A stretch of DNA of 64,000 nucleotides from Verrucomicrobiia bacterium (GCA_963664225.1 OY760937.1:1-64000), one strand, 5' to 3'. Shown: positions 20,720 through 30,687, numbered from the stretch's first letter. The notes: a model not told the origin generated them from the sequence alone. Translations and numbers: made by a program.

Positions 20720-20913
20720 GCCACCTCCAGCAAACTTTCACTCCTACCATCAGTTATTCGAGTGGTCCATACTTCCAGCATGATACAGTAACCACCAGTC
20801 AGACAAATTGAAAGAAGAGGACAGACAGACGGTTCGAAAGAAGCGGTAGATGTCGTTGACTAAAATGTCATAATCGTGTTGTAATGTTCTAGCTTCATCC
20901 ACGACACCCAGCA
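20720..20913 (-). repeat. Repeat R3: att-like direct repeat; homology with R1 continues ~390 bp further right
   Basis: Same invariant core; 20913-21300 aligns with 10971-11360. Confidence 0.9.
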
Positions 20914-21021
20914 AAAGTTTTCTGGCTCTGTTAAGCCAAATGTAAAAGTAGGGGGGGATGGACAATCGGACTCGATCTCTAAATACCGCTCATTCTCGTA
21001 CTGCGTTCACTTAGAATTGAG

Positions 21022-21162
21022 CTATAGACCCAATTCTTCCTCGAACAACTCCTGATTTACATCCTCAAGCTTCTCTTTGATCTCATCAATTTGATCGATG
21101 AGGAAATCAAGCTTTTTCACTGGACTCAGTTGTCGAGTGTAATAACCTATATCACTTTTCAT
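21022..21162 (-). CDS. 46-aa micro-protein, copy B (MKSDIGYYTRQLSPVKKLDFLIDQIDEIKEKLEDVNQELFEEELGL)
   Basis: Paralog of 11081-11224 in the same position relative to the repeat. Confidence 0.7.
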   Translation of the reverse strand: MKSDIGYYTRQLSPVKKLDFLIDQIDEIKEKLEDVNQELFEEELGL

Positions 21163-21442
21163 AGGTTTTGTTTTATCCCACTCACAGGCCGACTATTTCT
21201 GTGAACAAAGTTCCGTGGTGAATATGAACTTTGTATGACAAGAATATGTCCGAAAGGTATCTGATAATAGACGGCAACGTTTGCCGTTTGTGGCAAGATC
21301 GTTACTATTATTTACCAATCCATAATTGCGTCATATCTTAATGTAATATATTGTAATTAAAAGAAAGACGTCTCTGTCAAATTGTGCATAATTTTGCGTC
21401 AGCTATCAGCATGATTGTTAGTGAGACGATAGCGAGTGGTGA

Positions 21443-21795
21443 TTAAGCCCAAACTTGCAAAGAGCAATAGATCACCCAGCCACCTAGGATAGCAAGATAA
21501 AGTAGAACAATAATTGGATATAAAAGTCTGCCAATTACTTTCAAGTCAAGGCAACGGCGGAGCCCTGGAATTTGACACGAGTTATTATGAATTAAAGAAC
21601 ATTCAATTGATATAGATTCAAAGCAAGAAGAGCAATCGTTGCAATTGTCAGATGCCACCAGAAACGATTGGCCTCCTCTCTCCATTTTTCCCAATGGAAT
21701 TTTAGCCATTCAAGTTCAACTTTGTTTTTTTCCGACACGATTAGCAAAACATCGTTTATCCGACACAAATGTTCAACTGAAAAGATTTCAGTCAC
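21443..21795 (-). pseudogene. small two-TM membrane protein, apparently split over two frames
   Basis: Overlapping ORFs 21592-21795 and 21443-21709 each supply one hydrophobic helix. Confidence 0.35.
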
Positions 21796-21815
21796 TCATC
21801 TGGTCCCTGTGAGGG

Positions 21816-22352
21816 TTACAGATAGCCTTTGAATTTCCATCCAATTCTTGCGTAAAGCTCCCAAATGAAAAAGAAGAATCTATTACGCGTCCACCATTGC
21901 GTTGATAAGATTTCATAGGGTACTGACGATACATTCGGGAGATTGATGGTAAACCCGATTTTCTCAGCCACCCAAGAGCATCTGAGAATATGCGCAGGAT
22001 GAGCTACAATAATTGCCTGTCGCAAGTGAGTATTATTGCAGAATTGCCAGGCCTGGCAAAGCACTTCGTACGAAGTTATGTGAGATTGGTTATCATTCTC
22101 CGAAATCACAAGTACAGGTTGAATCGGGATTTTGAGTTTTGTAATTGCTTCAGCCACCTCTCTTTGTGCGATTACTGGAATATTATTCGAAGCCGACATT
22201 CGATAAATTATACGAGCGATTTCTTCATTGCTTACACCCGGACTTTCGCCTTTATTCTTGTGGTTTGCTCCAAACGACATTCCTATGATTACCTGTGCAT
22301 TATAGAGTGGGTCAAGATCGGGAACATAATTCCATTCACATATTATCCTCAT
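21816..22352 (-). CDS. DUF218/YdcF/ElyC-like protein (cassette cargo)
   Basis: TSYEV...QAIIVAHPAHILRC...WELYAR resembles the DUF218 C-terminal motifs. Confidence 0.55.
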   Translation of the reverse strand: MRIICEWNYVPDLDPLYNAQVIIGMSFGANHKNKGESPGVSNEEIARIIYRMSASNNIPVIAQREVAEAITKLKIPIQPVLVISENDNQSHITSYEVLCQAWQFCNNTHLRQAIIVAHPAHILRCSWVAEKIGFTINLPNVSSVPYEILSTQWWTRNRFFFFIWELYARIGWKFKGYL

Positions 22353-22440
22353 GATTACATTATATTATCATATTCATGAAGTTGAAGTTCGCTATCCATC
22401 CGTTCTTGGCCAGAACAACTTCTTGTATGTCATCGTATTG

Positions 22441-22634
22441 CCTTTTGCGGCAAATTGTGACCCCTACCCTCAATTCTTCCGAACATCAATACTTACAACA
22501 TGATACAATAAACACCAGTCGGATATCTTAAAAGAAGGAGACAGACAGACGGTTCGAAAGAAGCGGTAGATATTGTTGACTAGAATGTCATTATCATGTT
22601 GTAATGTTCTAGCTTCATCCATGACACCCAGCCA
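22441..22634 (-). repeat. Repeat R4: att-like repeat forming the 3' end of LSR 1
   Basis: Encodes WLGVMDEART...RKN-stop; + strand tail ATCCATGACACCCAGCCA. Confidence 0.9.
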
Positions 22635-24311
22635 ATGAGCATCATCGACTGTTAATATTGGATTTCGCCCATACAGCGAAACGATTTTATCCGGTTCGAT
22701 TGAATCCTTTTTAGAGTCATGGGTAGTTAGTGCATTTTCCAATATCTCAAACGGTTTTATGGCTTCAATCATGAGTTGTTTGTCCTGGAGGAAAAAGTTC
22801 GATCCAATCGTCGCCAGAATCCTTTTTTTGGTTTTGGAATCGCCTTTCGTAAAATCTTCGCGGGCCGTGCTGGCGAATTCGAAGAATTGCTCTGAGAGCT
22901 CCAGCCATTTGGTCACGCGATGTCCGGTGTCATTAAGCTGTTCTTCCAGACGACTCTTTTCATTCAGTAGGTCTGCCCTTTGCCGTCCGTATTCCTCATT
23001 CGATAACAGGCTGCCATCGCCGTTTTCAGGCGCGGTTTGGAGTTTGATCAGGTTGTCGATTCGTTGAAGACAAGCTTTGTAAGACCGATTCCTCACATCA
23101 ATATCCTCGTCTCGGTTCGTTGATTCCTGTTCATGGAGCAAACGCAGGTATTTGAGCGCGTAATCCTTGAAATGCGCGGAAATATGAATTTGCGACAGGA
23201 GCGCATCAATTTGGTCTTCGATTTTCTTGCTGCTAATGCTTTTTTGAGAGCAATGTGGGTTTTTGCTTTTGGTGCAGTGGTAATAAGTGTAGGAGCGAAT
23301 TGTGGGGTTTGCCATGTTCTCAATGGGAGTTCGGCAACGGGGGCATTCTTTTAAATGTCGATATGCGAATTTGAAATGGCAATTGGTGCACACGAGCTGG
23401 TGCTTTTCCTCAGCGGTCACCATCGATTGGCATTCACCGCAACGGATGAAGCCTGTAAACGGAAAATCAGTGTGAATGCTTGGCCTGGGGTTGCCGTTGC
23501 GGCCAAGCAAGACTTGAACCCGATCATATTCCTGTCTGGTCACCATCGGCTCGTGCTTTCCTTTGTGCCACTGACCGCTTCCTTTCGGTGATTCGAACCA
23601 GCCTGAATAGAAGGGGTTATTGAAAATATGGTATATCGCGCTCCGGCAAAGGGGCTTGCCACCCGTTTTCCGGGTTTGACGCGTGCGAAAGCCCCAATCG
23701 TTATTGACGAGGTCAAGGATTTTGGGCGGTGTATGGAGGCCGGTTAACATTAAAACCCACATGCGGCGAAGGATTTGGAAGCGTTCAGGATCTTTGATGA
23801 GGATCTTTTCTCCTGTCGACATGACGGTGTTGTTCAAATATCCAAGTGGGGCGACACCAGGATACCAGCCATTTTCGATTTTGGTTTTCAGGCCGCGCTT
23901 CACGTTGCGGCTCAGATCATCCACGTATTTTTGGGCCATGCCGAACTCGATATACATGAGGATTACGTTGTCATCCCCGTGGCTGAAATTCTGGGCAGGC
24001 GTCGCGACATGGATGCCGTGTGTCTTGATCGCCCAAATGATTGAACCACCATCCACCGGATTGCGCGCCAAGCGGTCGAGTTTCCAGCAGATGATACCGG
24101 AGACTTCCCCGCGATATATGCGTTGCATCATTGCGTTGAACATCGGTCGCCCGGGTTCCTTGGCTGATTTTGATTCTGTCACAACATCGGCAACCGTAAA
24201 TCCATATTTATTGGCAAGTTCTTGAAGTTCACGGGTTTGGGATTCAATGGAAAGGACCTGCCGGTCTTCGGCTTCTGATGATTTGCGGCAATAGATGAAG
24301 TATTTTGGCAT
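22470..24311 (-). CDS. large serine recombinase 1 (catalytic, recombinase and zinc-ribbon domains with coiled coil)
   Basis: YCRKSSE, WKLDRLARN, LSRNVKRG, GKHEPMV, FTGFIRCGEC...YYHC, long coiled coil. Confidence 0.95.
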   Translation of the reverse strand: MPKYFIYCRKSSEAEDRQVLSIESQTRELQELANKYGFTVADVVTESKSAKEPGRPMFNAMMQRIYRGEVSGIICWKLDRLARNPVDGGSIIWAIKTHGIHVATPAQNFSHGDDNVILMYIEFGMAQKYVDDLSRNVKRGLKTKIENGWYPGVAPLGYLNNTVMSTGEKILIKDPERFQILRRMWVLMLTGLHTPPKILDLVNNDWGFRTRQTRKTGGKPLCRSAIYHIFNNPFYSGWFESPKGSGQWHKGKHEPMVTRQEYDRVQVLLGRNGNPRPSIHTDFPFTGFIRCGECQSMVTAEEKHQLVCTNCHFKFAYRHLKECPRCRTPIENMANPTIRSYTYYHCTKSKNPHCSQKSISSKKIEDQIDALLSQIHISAHFKDYALKYLRLLHEQESTNRDEDIDVRNRSYKACLQRIDNLIKLQTAPENGDGSLLSNEEYGRQRADLLNEKSRLEEQLNDTGHRVTKWLELSEQFFEFASTAREDFTKGDSKTKKRILATIGSNFFLQDKQLMIEAIKPFEILENALTTHDSKKDSIEPDKIVSLYGRNPILTVDDAHWLGVMDEARTLQHDNDILVNNIYRFFRTVCLSPSFKISDWCLLYHVVSIDVRKN

Positions 24312-24337
24312 CGAAATGGATGGGGAACATTCTCATG

Positions 24338-24553
24338 CTAACGTACGGGAAACGGGCGCGTCAACGTACTAGGAATTTGATGAAATAACTCGGCGGTGTC
24401 AACGGGGTGGATGAGAATATCGAAAAACCTCAACAACCGAATTGCGATTTCCGCAGCTTCGTCATCTGAGAGGACAATGCCGTATTCTTCTTGATAGATC
24501 GTCTTGAATTCGGCGATGGCCTGTTGGCTGAGTTTGATGTCGGTTTCCATCAC
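24338..24553 (-). CDS. small LSR-partner protein
   Basis: LSQQAIAEFKTIYQEEYGIVLSDDEAAEIAIRLL; directly upstream of and co-oriented with LSR 1. Confidence 0.7.
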   Translation of the reverse strand: MMETDIKLSQQAIAEFKTIYQEEYGIVLSDDEAAEIAIRLLRFFDILIHPVDTAELFHQIPSTLTRPFPVR

Positions 24554-24997
24554 CTGAGTTTATGGAAAACCGGCTGAGTTCATAGGGGGGAAGGCTTGTC
24601 GTTGGGGACATGTTTTCCAGATGTGTGGATGGCGCAATGTTATGAATTGAAATATTGCCAAAGGCTTGGCTCCGCCCATTCCATCTCAAAACATCTGAAT
24701 CCGAACCAAAGTCGCAAGACAGGTTTCAAGCGATTTTACATCGTAAATTGCATTGGATCTTTTCTTGAGGGGTTACCCCGTAATTGTCCAACCCTCTGAG
24801 ATATGGTGCGTGCGTAAACGGTGTTTTTATCGACCATGTATCGGATTGGCTGCCCAGGCCGCGTTCAGAAAAGTAAGGACTCGCTGGACCGGAGCGTAAC
24901 TTTAAATATTTCGGTAGCGATGATGCGATTTCTATGTTGCATGAGCAAGCCAATGTATATAATGGTCCGTTGGAACAAATTGGGAAGCAAGGTAATC

Positions 24998-27256
24998 GTG
25001 GAGCATTACGCACATACTGTCTTTAAAACTGACGGCTCGCCAGACCCGGACGTATCCCACTGGCAGCCATTAAAAGAGCACTTGCGCAACGTGGCCCAAC
25101 TTGCGGGAAAGCTTGCCACGCCAATGGGAATGAAGGAAGAGGCAGAATTGGCAGGATTACTGCATGATCTGGGGAAATATGCAAAACGATTTCAAGATCG
25201 CCTGCATGATAATTCGATTCACGGCATTAATCATTGGGTGGCGGGTGCCAGAAAATCGGCAGAATTGAATGCCATGCTCGCTGGTTATGCGATTGATGGG
25301 CATCATACCGGCCTGCCAGCCGCACGGACCTTGCGGCAATCGATCCAAAAGATGGCCGATTCCACGCTGGCTAGAGAACTTACGGGCTGTAGCGAATCAG
25401 TGGCCGAACTTATGGGACATCTTGCTGCTTACGGTTTGCAATTACCTGTCGTCTCTCCGCGTCGTAAGGAAACCCTCTTCGCGGCCGCTATGCGCACCCG
25501 AATGCTATTTTCCTGTCTAGTGGATGCTGATTTTCTCGACACTGAAGCCCATTTCAACCCTCAAAACAAACAGCAGCGAGCTGCACTGGCTCTTGATTCA
25601 GAGAAGGCCTTAGCTATTCTAAAGAGTCGCCTGACCGCAATGCCTGCTGACGGAAGTGTAAACAAGCGGCGGCGGAAGCTGCTATCTGATTGTCTCGTTG
25701 CGGCCGCCAAAGCCCCCGGTTTATTCACGCTAACGGCCCCCACTGGTAGTGGCAAGACCCTTTGCTCGCTCGCATTTGCGTTGCAACACATTACAAAGCA
25801 CAACGCCGCTCTTTCTATTAATGACCCAAACCGCTTTTGCCGGATAATTGTGGTTATTCCATTCACCAGCATCATTGAACAAACGGCCCAAGTTTACCGA
25901 AACCTTTTCGAGACAGAATTCGGATCGGACTATGTTTTAGAGCATCATAGTGCCGTTGCTCCGCGTGAGATCGACGAAGACAAAGGCCGGGATGCGGAGG
26001 ACGAGCGATTACGCCGAGCGCGGTTAGCCGCTGAGAATTGGGCGTCGCCCCTGGTGGTGACCACTAGCGTACAATTCTTCGGGAGCCTGTTCAGTCATCG
26101 TCCATCAGACTGCCGCAAGCTGCACAATATCGCCCGATCGGTTGTGTTATTTGACGAGGTGCAAACTTTGCCAGCAAAACTTGTTCCATCGCTCTTGTCG
26201 GGAGTAGGTTTGCTTACTCGTGATTACGGGGCGACCGCGGTATTTATGACGGCCACTCAGCCGGCGTTTGCTGCAGCAAGCAAGGCGCTGCCTTATGGCT
26301 GGAATCCTGTGGAGATATCCTCAGAGCCGGAGGCCATGGCTGAGGCACTGCGCCGCACACATATTGAACTGCCTGGCAAAGACCAGACATGCACATGGGA
26401 AGACATTGCAAACCGGATGCACATCAACCCGCAAGTCCTTTGCGTGGTTAATACAACAAAGGATGCCCGCCACTTGTTTAAAATGGTCTGCGCCCAATCT
26501 GAAGAAGGTTGTTACCATTTATCCTCACGACTTTGCCCCACACACCGGAGGGAAAAGCTGACAATCATACGCGACCGGCTTCGTAACGGCCAACCTTGTC
26601 GCTTGGTTTCCACTCAACTCATCGAGGCTGGTGTTGATGTAGATTTCCCAGTTGCCTACCGAGCCCTCGGCCCGCTTGACTCCATTATTCAAACGGCGGG
26701 ACGCTGCAACCGTGAAGGTCTTCACGTCGAGCCTTGCCCGGTTACTGTATTCCGGCCAGCGAATGGCGGCCTGCCTCGTGGTGCTTATGGCACTGCTCTT
26801 GCCAAGACGGAAGAGTTCCTGGCTCGTTTCCCTGATGCCAGCGCCAGATTGCATCTTCCGGCTTTCTACGCTGCTTATTTTGCGGAGCTTTATAGTCTTC
26901 TCGGTCCACAATCCTGCGAAGACGATCCAGTTTTCAATGCAAGTGCCGCGTTCGATTTTCCCACTGCGACCACGGAATGTCGCTTGGTCGGCGATGACAC
27001 GCGCGCAGTGCTAGTAAAATGGCAACGGGGTGCCCAACTGGCCGAAATCCTCTGTTCTTCGCAACACCTTACTTCTGCTGAATGCCGCGAGGCCCAACGC
27101 TTTTCTGTAAACCTCTATCAAACCGAATTTTCTGAAGCCCAATCCAAAGGGTACATTTACCAGCCTGCCAAAAATTGGGATTTCTGGGTCTGGAACTCCG
27201 ATTACGATGAGAATCTGGGCCTCGGACATCTCGACAGCCAATCCCTTTGCCTGTGA
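24998..27256 (+). CDS. cas3: CRISPR-associated HD nuclease/helicase Cas3
   Basis: YAH, LKEHL, LLHDLGK, GHHTGL, LVDADFLDT, APTGSGKT, FDEVQ, STQLIEAGVD, QTAGRCNREG; GTG start chosen. Confidence 0.95.
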   Translation: MEHYAHTVFKTDGSPDPDVSHWQPLKEHLRNVAQLAGKLATPMGMKEEAELAGLLHDLGKYAKRFQDRLHDNSIHGINHWVAGARKSAELNAMLAGYAIDGHHTGLPAARTLRQSIQKMADSTLARELTGCSESVAELMGHLAAYGLQLPVVSPRRKETLFAAAMRTRMLFSCLVDADFLDTEAHFNPQNKQQRAALALDSEKALAILKSRLTAMPADGSVNKRRRKLLSDCLVAAAKAPGLFTLTAPTGSGKTLCSLAFALQHITKHNAALSINDPNRFCRIIVVIPFTSIIEQTAQVYRNLFETEFGSDYVLEHHSAVAPREIDEDKGRDAEDERLRRARLAAENWASPLVVTTSVQFFGSLFSHRPSDCRKLHNIARSVVLFDEVQTLPAKLVPSLLSGVGLLTRDYGATAVFMTATQPAFAAASKALPYGWNPVEISSEPEAMAEALRRTHIELPGKDQTCTWEDIANRMHINPQVLCVVNTTKDARHLFKMVCAQSEEGCYHLSSRLCPTHRREKLTIIRDRLRNGQPCRLVSTQLIEAGVDVDFPVAYRALGPLDSIIQTAGRCNREGLHVEPCPVTVFRPANGGLPRGAYGTALAKTEEFLARFPDASARLHLPAFYAAYFAELYSLLGPQSCEDDPVFNASAAFDFPTATTECRLVGDDTRAVLVKWQRGAQLAEILCSSQHLTSAECREAQRFSVNLYQTEFSEAQSKGYIYQPAKNWDFWVWNSDYDENLGLGHLDSQSLCL

Positions 27257-27294
27257 ACCCAACTCATTCAAATAATCGAACAACACACGATACC

Positions 27295-28014
27295 ATGACT
27301 ATCCACCTACGAACGTGGGGTGATCTCGCCTGTTTCACCCGGCCAGAAATGAAAGTGGAACGCGTGAGTTATCCCGTAATCACGCCCAGCGCGGCGCGCG
27401 GCCTCCTGGAATCCATTCTATACAAACCACAGTTCCGTTGGAACATCCAACGTATCGCGGTTAAAAAGCCAATTCGTTTTCTTGCCTTCCGGCGAAATGA
27501 AGTCAAAGCATGCCTCTCTATACGCAACACTGAAGCACTGCTGGCCGATGAAAACCGCACGCAGCGAAACACTCTTGCATTGCGCGACGTGGAATATGTC
27601 ATTGAGGCATCGTTGAAACTCACGCCCTTAGCCAATCTGCCACGTCGAAAACCACGTGGTGAGGACGAATCTGAAGGCGATGACAGTCCCGTAAAATACC
27701 TGGCCATGTTCCAGCGTCGCGCAAACCATGGTCAGTGCTTCGCTCAACCTTGCTTCGGTTGCCGCGAGTTTCCCGCCCATTTTGAACTAGCGGACGAAAC
27801 AGCCATGAATGTGACTCCCTGTGTGAATCCTGATGCCGACCTCGGCCTCATGCTTTACGATGTATTCGATCTTGACGTCGGTAAAAACCATATATTCGGT
27901 AAGGTTGAAAAACCGCAGCCCCGAGTCACATTTTTCAAAGCCAATCTCCGGGATGGGGTAATTTCGGTGCCTGATTGGTCCGTTATTAAGAAAGAACTTG
28001 GAGGTGCATTATGA
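27295..28014 (+). CDS. cas5: type I-C Cas5 (Cas5d)
   Basis: WGDLACFTRPEMKVERVSYPVITPSAARG, FGCREF. Confidence 0.95.
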   Translation: MTIHLRTWGDLACFTRPEMKVERVSYPVITPSAARGLLESILYKPQFRWNIQRIAVKKPIRFLAFRRNEVKACLSIRNTEALLADENRTQRNTLALRDVEYVIEASLKLTPLANLPRRKPRGEDESEGDDSPVKYLAMFQRRANHGQCFAQPCFGCREFPAHFELADETAMNVTPCVNPDADLGLMLYDVFDLDVGKNHIFGKVEKPQPRVTFFKANLRDGVISVPDWSVIKKELGGAL

Positions 28015-29765
28015 TGTTGCAGGCCCTGATTTCATATGCCGAACGGGAAGGCCTTGGCGATTCCGATTTTGAAACCGTGGGAGTTCGCTGGTTGATTTCT
28101 TTAGATCGAAACGGTCAACTCGCGGGCAATCCCATTCCGCTCTCAGATGATCCTGATGAGAAAAAGCCGCGTCCAAAGCGAATTGTCCGCCCAAAATCAG
28201 ATCCAGATTTTGTTTCGCATGGTCGCTCTTATTTCCTGTGCGATAGTTTGGAGCGGTCCACCATTTTTGTGGACGACGAGGAAAAACGCGAAAAGCGCCG
28301 GATAAATCAAAAATATTTCGTGAGCCTCCTTGAGCAAGCTGCATTGGATTGCTCAACAGAATCGAATGCACTTCAAGCGCTGGCCGGTTTTCTGTGCAAT
28401 GAAAACATGCTTGCTGAGCTTTATTCCCGTCTCAAGGCTGTAAAGGCAAAACCTAGCGAGAATGTGGCATTTACAGTAGATGGCCAAAATCTTCTGGAAT
28501 CCAATGCTTTGAAGGCATGGTGGCGACAGGCCAGACAATCACAACGCAACGAACAAGAGAAAAATGAGTCCGTCTGCTTGGCCACTGGGAAATACGGTCC
28601 TGTGTGCAGGACAACCGGGTTTATCAAGCTGCTTGGGGAAGACACTAAATTGATATCCTTCAACAAAGAGTGTCCTGCGTTTGAATCTTTTGGTCTTTCA
28701 CAAGCGGCAAACGCGCCGGTTGGAATAGACGCGGAGGAAAAAATGCGCTCCGCATTCAATCGCCTTATCGATGTGAGCCGAAACCAGGGGTTGGTGTTCA
28801 GCAATGCCATCCACCTCCATTGGACACGCCAGCCCATTATTGCAGACCCGATAGACCTCCTCTCCACCGCTGATGAAAAGGCAGTCGAATCTCTGCTAAA
28901 ATCAATTCAGTCAGGGCAGCCTCCTGTGGCCTTTGATGATAATGCCTATTACGCCCTCAGCCTTTCCAGCAATGGCTCCCGTGTTGTTGTGCGTGATTGG
29001 TTGGAAACCACCGTGCCGGAAATGAAAAAACACGTTGCCGAGTGGTTTGAGGACCTCGGTATAATCCATCCTGATGGACATGCCATTAAACGAGATTTTA
29101 AATTTGGTGCGTTGCTCTACGGTATGGTGCGAAAGGATCTTGAAGAGTTACCGCCACAAATTTCAACACAGCTATTGCACGGAGCATTACGCGGACGATT
29201 CGTGCCATTGCCTCAATCTGCACTGTCTGCTGCACTACGTCGATTGCAAGTCGAATTCAAAAAACCCGACGACAAGTCTGATCCCAAATCCAATCCCGCT
29301 CGCATCGCCTTGATTAAGGCGTGCCTGTTGCGCTCTCCCAATCGCTCTACCACAAACAATCAAACATCAACGACAGTTATGACCGAATGCCTGAATTCTG
29401 AATCCCATGATCCCGCCTACCTCTGCGGCCGATTATTCGCAGTCTTCGACCGGCTCCAATACCTCGCTCTTGGCAGTGTTAATGCCGGTGTGGTGGAACG
29501 TTACTACGCCAGCGCCAGCACATCGCCAGCACTGGTAATGGGCCGATTGTTCCGCAACGCCCAGTTTCACCTGGCTAAAGCGGAAGGAGGTCTTGCTACC
29601 AACGTTAGCAAGGATTTTGAATCGATTACGACCACACTTGGTGATAAGTTTCCCGCCTCTCTCAGTCTCGAAGAACAGGGGCGTTTTGCCATCGGATATT
29701 ACCACCAGAAGGCTGAATACCGCCGACGTTCGGCAGAACGCAAAGATGCGGAAGCCAAAAGTTGA
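28011..29765 (+). CDS. cas8c: type I-C Cas8c/Csd1
   Basis: MLQAL, LISFN..AFESFG, AYLCGRLFA, QGRFAIGYYHQ. Confidence 0.9.
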   Translation: MMLQALISYAEREGLGDSDFETVGVRWLISLDRNGQLAGNPIPLSDDPDEKKPRPKRIVRPKSDPDFVSHGRSYFLCDSLERSTIFVDDEEKREKRRINQKYFVSLLEQAALDCSTESNALQALAGFLCNENMLAELYSRLKAVKAKPSENVAFTVDGQNLLESNALKAWWRQARQSQRNEQEKNESVCLATGKYGPVCRTTGFIKLLGEDTKLISFNKECPAFESFGLSQAANAPVGIDAEEKMRSAFNRLIDVSRNQGLVFSNAIHLHWTRQPIIADPIDLLSTADEKAVESLLKSIQSGQPPVAFDDNAYYALSLSSNGSRVVVRDWLETTVPEMKKHVAEWFEDLGIIHPDGHAIKRDFKFGALLYGMVRKDLEELPPQISTQLLHGALRGRFVPLPQSALSAALRRLQVEFKKPDDKSDPKSNPARIALIKACLLRSPNRSTTNNQTSTTVMTECLNSESHDPAYLCGRLFAVFDRLQYLALGSVNAGVVERYYASASTSPALVMGRLFRNAQFHLAKAEGGLATNVSKDFESITTTLGDKFPASLSLEEQGRFAIGYYHQKAEYRRRSAERKDAEAKS

Positions 29766-29817
29766 TATAGTTAAATGATCTCGAACCACAAACCATTAAC
29801 CCAAATCTATCATTAAA

Positions 29818-30687
29818 ATGAACAACCGCTACGACTTCGTATATCTCTTCGACTGCAAAGACGGTAATCCCAATGGTGATCCCGATGCCGCCAACGCCCC
29901 GCGTATTGATCCGCAGGACATGCACGGCCTCGTGTCCGATGTATGCCTCAAACGAAAAATCAGAAATTTCACGTTGCTCGCCAAAGAGGGTGCGCCAGGT
30001 TACGGAATATTTGTCCAACAAGGATCGGTGTTGAATGACCGCATCGCTGAAGCGCACAAGTCTATTGGACATGAGATTGACCCAAAATCTGATAAGAAAA
30101 AGGCCAGTCGTGAACAGGTGGGTGCTGCTCGTGCCGAGATGTGCAAACGTTTTTTTGATGTTCGAACATTCGGTGCGGTCATGTCCACCGGCGCAAACGC
30201 TGGTCAGGTCAGAGGCCCAGTGCAACTCACCTTCAGCCGTTCTATTGATCAGATTCTACCACTCGACTTGAGCATCACTCGCATGGCAGCTACTGAGGCT
30301 AAAGAAGCCGATTCGCCAAATCAAACAATGGGACGTAAAAACCTTATTCCCTACGGACTCTATCGCTGTCATGGTTTCATTAGCGCATATCTCGCCCGCG
30401 AAACCGGTTTCAATGACGCTGACCTTGAGTTGCTTTGGCAAGCGCTTCAACAAATGTTCGACCACGACCGCTCCGCCTCTCGTGGCACCATGGCACCTCG
30501 TAAGATTTGGATTTTCAAACACGACTCTGCACTCGGCAATGCCCCGGCTCACAAATTGTTTGAGAGAATGTCTGTTAAGCGGAAAGCAAATATCGATGTG
30601 GCACGCGATTTCTCCGATTACGACGTAACACCAAAGGCCGAAGCCGAGAAAAGCCTAAAAGGTGTCACATTGATAGAGCTTCTGTGA
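29818..30687 (+). CDS. cas7: type I-C Cas7/Csd2
   Basis: GNPNGDPDAANAPRID, DVCLKRKIR, FFDVRTFGAVM, DHDRSASRG. Confidence 0.95.
   Translation: MNNRYDFVYLFDCKDGNPNGDPDAANAPRIDPQDMHGLVSDVCLKRKIRNFTLLAKEGAPGYGIFVQQGSVLNDRIAEAHKSIGHEIDPKSDKKKASREQVGAARAEMCKRFFDVRTFGAVMSTGANAGQVRGPVQLTFSRSIDQILPLDLSITRMAATEAKEADSPNQTMGRKNLIPYGLYRCHGFISAYLARETGFNDADLELLWQALQQMFDHDRSASRGTMAPRKIWIFKHDSALGNAPAHKLFERMSVKRKANIDVARDFSDYDVTPKAEAEKSLKGVTLIELL

Noticed and set aside
10778..22634. R1-R4 as integron attC sites, a CRISPR array or intact tRNAs
   Set aside because: No IntI-type tyrosine recombinase, no attC-style long palindrome, kb-scale irregular spacing and no full cloverleaf
24937..24963. TTGCAT-15bp-TATAAT as the cas promoter
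   Set aside because: Spacing is short for sigma70 and there is no other support
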